DNA from: a virus
Taxonomy: Duplodnaviria; Caudoviricetes
IMG/VR virus record: IMGVR_UViG_3300037424_001364
Coordinates: 1 to 44,709 of that record
DNA: 44,709 nt
Reading direction: 5' to 3' (one strand)
Shown: positions 8,930 to 18,123 of the stretch, in pieces
How the letters are laid out: every line of letters begins with the position of its first letter
Position numbering within the stretch: the first letter of the stretch is position 1
Notes under the pieces: model-generated
Seen by the model: the letters and a program-made list of their open reading frames with translations, nothing else
The model's database searches: none
What the model was told of the DNA's origin: nothing
Program-made: the position numbers and the translations under genes

Positions 8930-11695
8930 TTACCTACCACTTGGGAAACCAGCAAACCTTTTTTCATTGGTTGCTATGGCTATTGTGTTTGCTATTTCAA
9001 TTGCTTTGTCTTCTGGGAAGCTTCCAATAAAATTTGCTCCATCCATAATAACATTTGTTTCATTTATTGTTGTTTGCCCTGAAGAACTACCGTCATTAGC
9101 AACAGCATCAGGAGATACCAATGCAAGTTTGCCAGATTGAAGGAATTGATTTTCTTTCTTTGGTATAATCCCTTCACCTTGATGGACATTTGCAATCATG
9201 TCTTTTTGAATCATGTCAGTCCCAACAGCAAAACTCTGTGCTTTAATTTTTGCAACAGTTATAAGACCTTTGGCAGTGACTAATGCTGCTGCCCCAATAT
9301 TTGAAGGGAATGGCATTGTTGATAGTGCCTTACTTGCTGCTAAATATGTGCTTACTACTGCTTGACCAATTGAAATTGCTTTGTAGGCAATTGCTGCCTC
9401 TTTACTGTAAGCAGCATACTCCCCAAGAGTATCCATAAACTCAGTATACATTCCATCATTAAGAGCAACCAATTGTTCATTTGCTTTTTTTCTTGCCCCA
9501 TATAAAAATGTATCCTGTTTTTTAGTCATTTTATTCTTATTTGCCCAATACATTTCTTCAGATGTTTGAAGTCTTGCATAATGTTGAGCTTCTAACTCTT
9601 CTTTAGCAATCCTGTACTCTTCATCAGTCATTGTTTCTGTTTCTTTTCTAGTGGCAAGCTTTGCTTGTTCTGCCAGGTATCTCTCTTCCTCTGCTGCTGC
9701 TTTTGTTTCATACCATGATTCTAATTGAGCAAGATCAGAAGCATTCTGGGCATCTTGTGCCATTGCTTGATCAATCCCAGCATTCATTCTGATGTTATAT
9801 CTATCCTGCTCACCTTTTGCTACTGCTGCAGTTTTAATATCTTCACCAGCTTTTGTATTATCTGCTGCTGGTTCTGCTGCCTTTGCCTCTGCCTTTACTT
9901 CTTCTGATGCTTGTCTATCGGCATCCATTGATCCCATCCCTTGGGATTTTAATTCCTCTTTTCTTTTCTTGAGTGCTTCTGTTTGATTTTCTATTTCTGT
10001 ATTTTGTTTCCTAAGTGATTCAATTTCACCTTCCAATGCTGCTTTTGTTTCTTCACCTGCAAACAATGCTTTGGCTTGTTTCCATCCAATTATAATATTA
10101 TTGATTAGTTTGCTGAAGGAAAGTTTCCATTCATTGAAATTAACAATTAAATCATATATCAAAGCACCAAGAGCAATGGCAGCAGTTATCATAAGACCAA
10201 TTGGGTTCATCTTCATTACTAAATTAAGTGCTGCTGTGGCAATCTTCCATGCCTTTGTAACAACAATTAATTTATGCATTACCCCTAACATTGCAATTAA
10301 ATATGCCTTTGCCATAAATGCTGCTATTGTTGCAAACACTATTTTAAGAACAGTCCCAAGAGCACCAAAATCATTAAACATGTCATTAACAGCTTTTACT
10401 GTTACTTTTATAACTGATGTGATTGCAGATAATATTGCAGAGACAACTTTAAGAGCAACTCCAACTGCTATTATTATTTGATATCCACCAAACAAATTAA
10501 AAAGATCAGCAACAACCATAACAGTATCACCAATAATATTAAAAACATCTGAGGAAATACTAACAACTAATTTAAATGCTGAAGTTATTGCAGCACCATT
10601 ATCAGTTATAAGTTTATTGATCATGTTAAGAGTTTCTGAAACTCCTTTCCCTGCTGATATTAATGCTGGTTGTAACTTCTCCCCAAAATTTATTGCAATT
10701 GTATTGACAAGATTTTGCATCAACTGCTTCTGTGCCATTAGTGTTTGGCTTTGTCTTTGGAATGCTGCATCTACGGAGTCAACCCCTGACTCCATATCTT
10801 TTAATGCTTTGTTATAAAGTTCTGCCCCTTCAGTGGCAAGGACTGTAATAGCATTGGCACCTTCAACCCTACCAGTCACTTGTGATAATGGGATATCAAG
10901 TTCATCAGCAGCATCTTTAATCTTAGAAAATGCATCCCCAAGATTCTCAGAGTTGGTCATCAACTCTTTCATATCCTTGTAGCCAAGTTTCCTAAAAACA
11001 GTCTTCATTTCAGCAGTCTGTTTTTCCAAACTTACCATTGCTGCCCTAATTTGATGCTGGGCAACACTTGCTGGAATACCTTGGGCTGTTAGTGAGGCAG
11101 TTGCTGCTGAAAATTCAGTAAGGCTTAATCCAGCAGCTTTTGCCAATGGAGCAGTCTGTCCAAATGCATGACTTAATTCAGCAATTGTATTCTTACCATA
11201 CTGAACTGTTTTAAATAAAATATTACTTATCTCATTTGCTGTTCTGCCTTCGCTAGCAAAAGAGTTGATAGAAGTTGTTAAGATGTCTGTTGCTTGTTTA
11301 GTGGTTGAAAGACCTACCGTAGCAAGCCTACCAGCACTTGCCAATGTATTAGTAGCATTTGCAGCACTAATACCAGCTGATCTAATATCATACATTGATT
11401 CCACTAATTCACTAATTGGCTTGGGAATATCCTTCCCTAATTTAAGGATATCATCACCAATTGCTTTAACACTTTCCCTACTATTATCAATAATGGTTGA
11501 GATGTTTGAAAGACCTTGTTCAAATTTAGCAAATGCTACAGTCCCACCAATGACAGCGGCTGAAAGGGCTACAAATCCAATCTTCATTGCTTTGGTTGCA
11601 ATGTCTGTATAGTCTACAGTCTCCTTCATGCCTTTTTTGTACATGTCAGAGTTTGCTAGAACATTAAAAATTACTTTGTTGGTTGTGCTTACCAC
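8930..11695 (-). CDS. Tape measure protein (TP901-family core)
   Basis: 921 aa, Ala-rich and helical; GKNTIAELS-AFGQ-APLAKAAGLS core; hydrophobic middle; C-terminal FAVGT...VHQGEGIIP motif. Confidence 0.92.
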   Translation of the reverse strand: MVSTTNKVIFNVLANSDMYKKGMKETVDYTDIATKAMKIGFVALSAAVIGGTVAFAKFEQGLSNISTIIDNSRESVKAIGDDILKLGKDIPKPISELVESMYDIRSAGISAANATNTLASAGRLATVGLSTTKQATDILTTSINSFASEGRTANEISNILFKTVQYGKNTIAELSHAFGQTAPLAKAAGLSLTEFSAATASLTAQGIPASVAQHQIRAAMVSLEKQTAEMKTVFRKLGYKDMKELMTNSENLGDAFSKIKDAADELDIPLSQVTGRVEGANAITVLATEGAELYNKALKDMESGVDSVDAAFQRQSQTLMAQKQLMQNLVNTIAINFGEKLQPALISAGKGVSETLNMINKLITDNGAAITSAFKLVVSISSDVFNIIGDTVMVVADLFNLFGGYQIIIAVGVALKVVSAILSAITSVIKVTVKAVNDMFNDFGALGTVLKIVFATIAAFMAKAYLIAMLGVMHKLIVVTKAWKIATAALNLVMKMNPIGLMITAAIALGALIYDLIVNFNEWKLSFSKLINNIIIGWKQAKALFAGEETKAALEGEIESLRKQNTEIENQTEALKKRKEELKSQGMGSMDADRQASEEVKAEAKAAEPAADNTKAGEDIKTAAVAKGEQDRYNIRMNAGIDQAMAQDAQNASDLAQLESWYETKAAAEEERYLAEQAKLATRKETETMTDEEYRIAKEELEAQHYARLQTSEEMYWANKNKMTKKQDTFLYGARKKANEQLVALNDGMYTEFMDTLGEYAAYSKEAAIAYKAISIGQAVVSTYLAASKALSTMPFPSNIGAAALVTAKGLITVAKIKAQSFAVGTDMIQKDMIANVHQGEGIIPKKENQFLQSGKLALVSPDAVANDGSSSGQTTINETNVIMDGANFIGSFPEDKAIEIANTIAIATNEKRFAGFPSGR

Positions 11696-11703
11696 TGATT
11701 ACC

Positions 11704-12048
11704 TTACCCAAAGATACTTTTTAATTCACTCTCCACTGATTTGGGGTTTTGGTTGCTGTGTTCTGAATCATAAGAAATATTCAGCAGCTTGTCTATGGTC
11801 TTATGGAAATCATCCTCTTTAATTTTCTTTGTTTGTGTTTTCCCATAACCATAATATACACCATAAAAGATAATGGTGGAGAGGTCTTTTAGCTGATGCT
11901 TTTTAGTATCTCTTTTGACCTCTAAAATAAAGCTTACTCTTTCATCAATCTCAAGTAAAGTCATATTTTCTAAATTTTCATATGAAAGAGCAGGCAAGAG
12001 GTACATGGCTAATGATTCTAAATGAAGGCAATAATCAAGCCAAGTTAT
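11704..12048 (-). CDS. Tail assembly chaperone gpT-like frame (reached by -1 frameshift from the upstream gene)
   Basis: Open -1 frame from the A10 run at 12048-12057 through the ATG at 12006 to the stop at 11704. Confidence 0.7.
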   Translation of the reverse strand: MTWLDYCLHLESLAMYLLPALSYENLENMTLLEIDERVSFILEVKRDTKKHQLKDLSTIIFYGVYYGYGKTQTKKIKEDDFHKTIDKLLNISYDSEHSNQNPKSVESELKSIFG

Positions 12049-12518
12049 TTTTTTTTTGAGTCTTCAGTATTCTCTTCAGGCTGGATGGTAACCATCATAG
12101 CTTTATCAATTTCAGATTCAAGCATTGATTGATGTTGCTTTTCAATCTCTTTGATTTTCCTTAAAGTAATCTCTCTAATTTTCTTAGGAAGATACCAAAC
12201 AGTGGCCATACTTAGATCAGATGAATAGTCTTCTTCACAATTTTCAAAGTCTTCATCTGAAAGCATCTTGCTCATGTCTTCTCTGGATGACCAGTTATAT
12301 TGATCTTTATTTCCATAGAAAACAGCAAGCTTAAGGGCATTCAAATAATGGGTTGGGTCTTTCTCAATAACATCAGCATTTTCACGAGTGAACCCACAAT
12401 GCCTCCAAAATCCAAGAGTGACTTTCAACTTTAATTTGAGTCCTTTTACAGTAACAATATATTCATTGCTATTTGTTTTACATGTTTCTGTGTTTGTTAA
12501 ATTTTCTTGACTTTCCAT
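12045..12518 (-). CDS. Tail assembly chaperone gpG-like
   Basis: Between the major tail and tape measure genes; ends TCA AAA AAA AAA TAA. Confidence 0.75.
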   Translation of the reverse strand: MESQENLTNTETCKTNSNEYIVTVKGLKLKLKVTLGFWRHCGFTRENADVIEKDPTHYLNALKLAVFYGNKDQYNWSSREDMSKMLSDEDFENCEEDYSSDLSMATVWYLPKKIREITLRKIKEIEKQHQSMLESEIDKAMMVTIQPEENTEDSKKK

Positions 12519-12540
12519 TTTTCCTCCAAGTTTTTTTATG

Positions 12541-12577
12541 AAGGAAAGGGCAGTCTCATAATCTGCCCAATCCCTTT
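12541..12577 (-). terminator. Hairpin after the major tail gene (terminator/attenuator)
   Basis: GGGCAG (12548-12553) pairs with CTGCCC (12563-12568); weak U-tract. Confidence 0.4.
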
Positions 12578-12586
12578 AATAGGTAA

Positions 12587-13441
12587 TTAACTTACCTTAG
12601 TTCTAATAATTTCGTAAACAATTTTCTCAGAATCACCAAGCAATGGAGTCATTGGTTGTTCAAATTCTGAAAATTCTCTACTGTTTGCATTAAAGCTCAT
12701 ACCAACAGCAGCAACTTTTGGAAATCTAATAATGGTTTGCTCACCTTCTGAATTTCTTGGGTAAACCAAATGAAGACCAAAATAGTTAACACCAGCATTC
12801 TTTCCAACTTTAATTGAAGTTGAAATACTGTTAGCAGGTCTTACATCAAAAGTCATCATGTCCCCAATTTCCATATCAACAGCAGAACCACCAGTGAAGG
12901 TGATACCATAGTCAGCAAGGGCAATTGTTCCAGCATCAGTAATTGTGATAGTTTCTGCAATAACAGGAAGCTCATCAACAATTGGTGTTCTACCAGAAGC
13001 AACATCACCATTAAGATAAACTTTAGCAGTAGTTGCAGTTAATGCTTCAAGAACAATTTGTCCAGCAGGAATATCTGCACCTTTATCAGTTGTAATGGCA
13101 ACAGAAGCAACACCAGTAACGGCAGAAAATGCTGTAGTACCAACTGTGTTTGCTAATGCTCCAATGTAACCTAAAGTTTCAGAAGTGCTTTCTGTGATTT
13201 CTGCATTCTCAAACTGGCTATAAGCAAAGTTTGGATATTCTTTTAGTGTGGCTGTAATTCCATTACTTGGTTGACCTGCTTCAACAGCAAATGCACCATC
13301 ATAATGACCACCTTCAAGAAGCAGTTGTTCAATCTCTCTACTAATTTCAATCCCACCAATTACCTCAAAAATCCCCAATGGTTTTTGAGATGTTAGATCA
13401 GAAAGAATAGCATATTTTACACCATATAAATATTTTTTCAT
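12587..13441 (-). CDS. Major tail tube protein
   Basis: 284 aa, position before the chaperones and tape measure; no sheath gene seen, so siphovirus-type. Confidence 0.75.
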   Translation of the reverse strand: MKKYLYGVKYAILSDLTSQKPLGIFEVIGGIEISREIEQLLLEGGHYDGAFAVEAGQPSNGITATLKEYPNFAYSQFENAEITESTSETLGYIGALANTVGTTAFSAVTGVASVAITTDKGADIPAGQIVLEALTATTAKVYLNGDVASGRTPIVDELPVIAETITITDAGTIALADYGITFTGGSAVDMEIGDMMTFDVRPANSISTSIKVGKNAGVNYFGLHLVYPRNSEGEQTIIRFPKVAAVGMSFNANSREFSEFEQPMTPLLGDSEKIVYEIIRTKVS

Positions 13442-13453
13442 TTTTTACTCCCT

Positions 13454-13756
13454 TTATTCAAAGTCAGCCTCTGTGAATGCAATATTCTTACGAGCAAATT
13501 TATCAACATCTTCCCATTTGGTTCCAGCCTTGACAAAATATTGAACTCCACCCATGTAAATACTTTTTGACCTACACAAAACCTTTCCAGCAAAGTCTTG
13601 AATTCGAATCTTGGTAGTTGTCCTTGGAATAATGCCTTCATTGATCTTATGATCTTTAATTGAGTTCAAAATTTCCTCAGCTTCCTTGCCTACATTCTGG
13701 CTATCATCAACTTTTTTAATTTTCATATTTGTTACTTTCCCTTTACTTTCACTCAT
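13454..13756 (-). CDS. Hypothetical virion-module protein
   Basis: GGAG RBS; in-operon packing. Confidence 0.6.
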   Translation of the reverse strand: MSESKGKVTNMKIKKVDDSQNVGKEAEEILNSIKDHKINEGIIPRTTTKIRIQDFAGKVLCRSKSIYMGGVQYFVKAGTKWEDVDKFARKNIAFTEADFE

Positions 13757-13769
13757 AATATTCCTCCAA

Positions 13770-14309
13770 TTATTGTATCAATGCTCTATATACTACTATA
13801 GATTTTAAAGCTTTACTACCCTTTAGTGAAACTCTGAATGGAACATGTGCCCCCTCAACTCTCCCATCCATAAGTCCAGCAAAGGAATTGTCTCTAAAGA
13901 ACTGAACCATTATATTTTTAAGAACCTCACCCATTCGGATGGACTTAAAATAAACATCTGATGACATGTCATCTTGAATAAGAGAAGAGACTTGCAATAA
14001 ATAAAGTTTGGACACGGTGTTAAAATTAGAGTCCATTTCAATATCTTCACCAGCACTAATATCAATCCACTCCTTAAATGCATTAAAATCCCTCACCCTT
14101 TCAGCTAATGTAAATCTACTTAAAGAGGAATCTTGTACAATTTCATTAAGTAAGGAATCCCCTTTCCTTGCATTCATCAATTGAATATAAAAGTTAATTC
14201 TCATCATATCAACATCAACACCATCAATTTCAACAGTAACTGTCTCAGTCAGATACGTTTTGAATTGTTTTATAAGCTCCTCAAGGTCATCTAGTCTCTT
14301 CAATGTCAT
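13770..14309 (-). CDS. Tail terminator/completion protein (putative)
   Basis: Synteny between the neck and tail tube genes. Confidence 0.45.
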   Translation of the reverse strand: MTLKRLDDLEELIKQFKTYLTETVTVEIDGVDVDMMRINFYIQLMNARKGDSLLNEIVQDSSLSRFTLAERVRDFNAFKEWIDISAGEDIEMDSNFNTVSKLYLLQVSSLIQDDMSSDVYFKSIRMGEVLKNIMVQFFRDNSFAGLMDGRVEGAHVPFRVSLKGSKALKSIVVYRALIQ

Positions 14310-14821
14310 TATTCCACCATTATCCCTTGTCTTGCTAATTGATTTATTAAATCTGTACTAATAGTATTAAGCCAACTTTTATATGTGCTCTCTGATGGTT
14401 GACTAAAATTCCTAAGAGGCATTTTGTGTCTAGGTTCATCTAAATTGTCATGGTAGTTACCATAAGGAATAGAGGAACCAAAGAATCCATAATCATGACC
14501 AACTTCATCAATATTTCCTTCAGAACCTTTTATTGTCATTGACTTTTTAAGTTTCCCTGTTCTAACAAGAATAGGTTCACTACCAAATCCTGCTCTGGTC
14601 TTTGCTTTATCAGTGGCAATAGTAATATCTGGCCATCTAAGGCTTGGATCACGCACTTGCTTCCTTTCAAAAATTCCCTTTACTTCTTTTCTATATGATA
14701 TGCCAATAGCAATTAGAGATGCTTTTAAAGAGACTGCACCAGCACCCCTATAAAGATTGCTCATTATTTTTTTAGTTTTTGCATCCAATTCAATTGAAAA
14801 TGGGGTAGATGATGTGGACAT
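14309..14821 (-). CDS. Virion morphogenesis protein (Mu gpG / Phage_tail_S-like)
   Basis: W...T...ILVRTGKLKKSM...GSSIPYG-YH...MP-RNF motif. Confidence 0.8.
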   Translation of the reverse strand: MSTSSTPFSIELDAKTKKIMSNLYRGAGAVSLKASLIAIGISYRKEVKGIFERKQVRDPSLRWPDITIATDKAKTRAGFGSEPILVRTGKLKKSMTIKGSEGNIDEVGHDYGFFGSSIPYGNYHDNLDEPRHKMPLRNFSQPSESTYKSWLNTISTDLINQLARQGIMVE

Positions 14822-15210
14822 TATGTTGTGCCTTTAACCAACTTTATTGGGACTAAATTTTTTGGAGAAGTGATGAGCTGAAGGGAGCCATTCATGATCC
14901 CCTCCAACTCATCCCTTGATTCTTTTGCGTAGTTTCTATTTCTCATAAATTTCTTTTCTTCTTCATCATCACTCATTCTTAAAATAGGGTCAATTTTTCC
15001 AACAACCATTTTTTCAGTAAGTAATTTTAAAAAAGTGAAATCACTGGCATCAGTAATTGGGAGAGTGTATTTTCTCCTAAGTGAAATATCTATTGAAATA
15101 GAAGCCTCTTCAATCCATTTTTTGACTTTGGCATATGTGATAATATCAGAAGTTGAGAAATCCAAACCTAAATAATAACCTTGAATATCATCAACCTTTG
15201 TGTATGCCAT
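14821..15210 (-). CDS. Head-tail adaptor (Mu gp36/DUF1320-like)
   Basis: MAYT-VDDI...IEEAS--ID--L--KYTLPI...LE-I-NG-LQL. Confidence 0.75.
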   Translation of the reverse strand: MAYTKVDDIQGYYLGLDFSTSDIITYAKVKKWIEEASISIDISLRRKYTLPITDASDFTFLKLLTEKMVVGKIDPILRMSDDEEEKKFMRNRNYAKESRDELEGIMNGSLQLITSPKNLVPIKLVKGTT

Positions 15211-15371
15211 TATTTATCCTTTGCAATTTCTTTTTTGGATGATTCAAAAGAATAGTTTTTGATAAATTTTTCTTTTATCATAACCTCTTTTTTTCCTGTT
15301 TTTTTATTGATGAGTTTGATGAAATCCCCATCTTCAATAATTGTGTAATCTTCTTTTTTTAATTTTATCAT
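15210..15371 (-). CDS. Small hypothetical protein (start reassigned to MIKLKK)
   Basis: AAGGAG RBS before the ATG at 15371; the longer ORF runs through a terminator hairpin. Confidence 0.5.
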   Translation of the reverse strand: MIKLKKEDYTIIEDGDFIKLINKKTGKKEVMIKEKFIKNYSFESSKKEIAKDK

Positions 15372-15390
15372 TTTGTTCTCCTTTGGTTTT

Positions 15391-15415
15391 AAAAGCAGAG
15401 GGGCTTTCACCCCTC
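15391..15415 (-). terminator. Rho-independent terminator after the major capsid gene
   Basis: Minus strand reads GAGGGG-TGAAAG-CCCCTC-TGCTTTT. Confidence 0.65.
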
Positions 15416-15465
15416 CACTCCCACACACATCATCTACTTGGAGGTTAGATGACATAAATTTTTAA

Positions 15466-16434
15466 TTAAGCATTAGAAACTTGAATTGCTTTCCACCATG
15501 CCCCATAAGCCACACCATAACTAAAACCTTCAAGACCCCAAGTCATAACCTTGTGCTCTTTCAAGTTGTAATCTGAGGCAGTTGGCATCTCAAGCTTTGG
15601 TGCTTCTTCTTCTGAAATAATGAAAGGCTTAACATTGCTTTCACTTGTTTCAAAAACAAACCAATCAGTGGTGTCAGTAAATGGTCTACTGATAATCTGG
15701 CTGATCATGCCTCTGAATACGTTAGTAACTCCAGAAGTGATATATTCAGCTTTGTTGATTCTTTCAAAAGCTCCAGCAAGTCCATCAGGGCAAACAACAG
15801 TGATTTGAACTGAACGATTTAGTTTGCGCTTTTTGCTATTCCCACCAGCATCATCCATTAGGTAGTAGAATCCTCTTAAAGCAGTCATTGCTTTGTCAAG
15901 GTCAGCAACCAATAGTGCATCAGTAGTAACACCACCACCAGAAACAATATTGCTTTGAGTACCAGCAACATTATCAAATGCATGGGTTGTATCAAAAAAG
16001 TTTTGTTGGTCAAAACATACACCATAAGTATTGGCTGCACCTGCTTCAATCATATCAAGAAGGTCTTCATATGGGCGATCTTTTGCTTCTGCACCAATAG
16101 AACCAATCTCTTTGGTGTAAATATCAAGGCCAGTCAAAGCATTGGCTGCCATGGCACGTTTAAGCTCTCTACGAGGAACATCAACTGCTCCATCATACTC
16201 ATAATTTTTTATTGTAACAAAAAATGAATCAGCAGGGGAATTGTGTACTCTGTTCCCAAAGAATTTTCTGATTTTGCTCATTATTTTTACAATGGGGAAA
16301 TCAGTTGAGCTTCTATCTCCACTCATAAATTTATAAGCAAGAGATGAAAGTGCAGGATCAAGTTCCTGATAGCCTTTATTAAAGGCAGTGTTTGCTGTAA
16401 TGTTGTATTTTTCAATTAAGTCTTTTAATAACAT
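15466..16434 (-). CDS. Major capsid protein, Mu gpT-like
   Basis: IKNYEY, CFDQQNFFDTTH, DWFV...KPFI and YGAWWKA motifs. Confidence 0.88.
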   Translation of the reverse strand: MLLKDLIEKYNITANTAFNKGYQELDPALSSLAYKFMSGDRSSTDFPIVKIMSKIRKFFGNRVHNSPADSFFVTIKNYEYDGAVDVPRRELKRAMAANALTGLDIYTKEIGSIGAEAKDRPYEDLLDMIEAGAANTYGVCFDQQNFFDTTHAFDNVAGTQSNIVSGGGVTTDALLVADLDKAMTALRGFYYLMDDAGGNSKKRKLNRSVQITVVCPDGLAGAFERINKAEYITSGVTNVFRGMISQIISRPFTDTTDWFVFETSESNVKPFIISEEEAPKLEMPTASDYNLKEHKVMTWGLEGFSYGVAYGAWWKAIQVSNA

Positions 16435-16466
16435 GATAAACTCCTTTTTAATTTAATTTGCATCTA

Positions 16467-16910
16467 TTATGCAACAGTGTCTGTATCAAGATCATTGATT
16501 AATTTAACAAAACAATAATTTGTTACATCAACATCCATGATTCGACCAACAACCACAGAATAAGTTCCCTCTGAAAGTGTGACAGCATCATCAGCACTAG
16601 CATAAACTAGTTTACCAATATCTGCTTTTGTTACACTTGTACATTTCAAACGAACTACTTTGCCTGAATTAGCAGCAATTACCTGTACTGTATTATCAGC
16701 AATTGAAGCAGTTGAAGCTTGTTCAACTTCATCAATTGCAACTCCAGCAAAGTACTGAGCATCCGCATCAGTTGAAAGCAATACATTCCCAGCCGCATTA
16801 CTATTAAGTAAAGCGCCACTGTAAATATGCAAAGCACCAGCAACACAATCTCTTGTTGTAAACTTATAATCATCAATAACCTTCACATTTGTATTTTTAG
16901 ATAAAGCCAT
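16467..16910 (-). CDS. Capsid decoration/cement protein
   Basis: IYSGALL...FAGVA...ADIGKLVYASADDAVT; between the protease and capsid genes. Confidence 0.7.
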   Translation of the reverse strand: MALSKNTNVKVIDDYKFTTRDCVAGALHIYSGALLNSNAAGNVLLSTDADAQYFAGVAIDEVEQASTASIADNTVQVIAANSGKVVRLKCTSVTKADIGKLVYASADDAVTLSEGTYSVVVGRIMDVDVTNYCFVKLINDLDTDTVA

Positions 16911-16920
16911 TATTTACTCC

Positions 16921-18069
16921 TTATTTTTTATTGTTATACTTCTTATAATCTTCTGCAGATAAAGAAGTCTGTTTTGATAGCTCTTGGTAAGTCTCTTCAA
17001 GAATAGATTCTTCAGTTAGATCAACTGGCCCTTGCCCTTTTGGTTTTACACTGTAAGAGGCTGGAACATCTTTGTAAAACTCAGTAATAGACAAAGCAGA
17101 GTCAAAACTTTTAAAAATTCTTTCTTTCTGAGCAGTATGAATAATACCACTGGCTATCAAATTATCTATGCAATCATTTTTTGCTTTTTCATTTGCTTCT
17201 TTTTTAAGTTTTAAAATCTCAGCATCTTTTTCAGCAATTTGTTTTTTAAAATCTTCAAAAGTCATTTGAAATACTTCTGGAGTAGTAGCAGAACTATTTT
17301 CCTCAACTACTGGAGCAACTGTGGTTGGCTCTTCATAGTCATCATCACTATCTTCTTCTTCAACTACTGGAGCAGCAGGTACTTCTTCAACAGGTACTTC
17401 TTCAGCAGGTACTTCTTCAACAGGTACTTCTTCAGCAGGAACTACAACTGGCTCAACTGGAGTTTCAACATCTTGGGTCTCAGCTAAGACCACTATTTCA
17501 TTATTTTTTTTATTTGGTTTGTTTGTCATATTTTTCTCCTGCGCAAGGCTTTCTGTTATAACTGCATTTTCAAACGCCTGAAAAGTCACAATACTTAATT
17601 CAACTATTTCAGCTTCAGTGACAATTGTTCCAATTCTCTCACCTGTGTCATCATAAACATCTTCTTTTCTAAGAATGTTGGCACCAATAGAAACACCTTC
17701 CAGTGCTCCCATTTCAATAAGTGGAATAATCTTTTCAGTCACATCTTTGTCTTTTAAATTTAATTTTGCTTTGAATAAAACCCCTAATGGATTATCTGAA
17801 TACTCAGTAGCACCAACCATTGCTTTGACATCCCAAGAATCATGATTAACAAATAGGGCTGTCTTCTTAAGAATTTTAAAAGCACCCATAGCAAAAGACA
17901 ACTTTCTCCAATCTTGAGTTTGTTGTCCATAAGGAACTGCCACACCACTAATTTCACCCTTGTTTGCTTTTGCAAAATTTTTAATCTCAGAAAAGCTTTG
18001 GTAAAGTTTAATCTTTTCTGGATTACCATTTTTATCATTAAAACATTTGAAATTTGATTTTATGGACAT
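16921..18069 (-). CDS. Prohead protease (HK97/S78-like) fused to an acidic linker and scaffold
   Basis: SGVAVPYG, LFVNHD, GVSIG and ELSIVTFQAF motifs; coiled-coil C-terminus. Confidence 0.85.
   Translation of the reverse strand: MSIKSNFKCFNDKNGNPEKIKLYQSFSEIKNFAKANKGEISGVAVPYGQQTQDWRKLSFAMGAFKILKKTALFVNHDSWDVKAMVGATEYSDNPLGVLFKAKLNLKDKDVTEKIIPLIEMGALEGVSIGANILRKEDVYDDTGERIGTIVTEAEIVELSIVTFQAFENAVITESLAQEKNMTNKPNKKNNEIVVLAETQDVETPVEPVVVPAEEVPVEEVPAEEVPVEEVPAAPVVEEEDSDDDYEEPTTVAPVVEENSSATTPEVFQMTFEDFKKQIAEKDAEILKLKKEANEKAKNDCIDNLIASGIIHTAQKERIFKSFDSALSITEFYKDVPASYSVKPKGQGPVDLTEESILEETYQELSKQTSLSAEDYKKYNNKK
17376..17439. repeat. 4 x 15-bp tandem repeat CAGGTACTTCTTCA(A/G) encoding (A/V)EEVP
   Basis: Read directly from the sequence. 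Confidence 0.9.
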
Positions 18070-18123
18070 AACACTCCTTGTGTGCTTAATCTAGTCTACT
18101 TTACTTTTCTTGAAAATAAAAGT

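Noticed and set aside
15372-15455. N-terminal extension of ORF 15210-15455
   Set aside because: It spans the capsid terminator hairpin; a better RBS precedes the ATG at 15371
17239-17561. Plus-strand QQVLL- and RYFF-repeat ORFs
   Set aside because: Shadows of the 15-bp EEVP repeat in the protease linker
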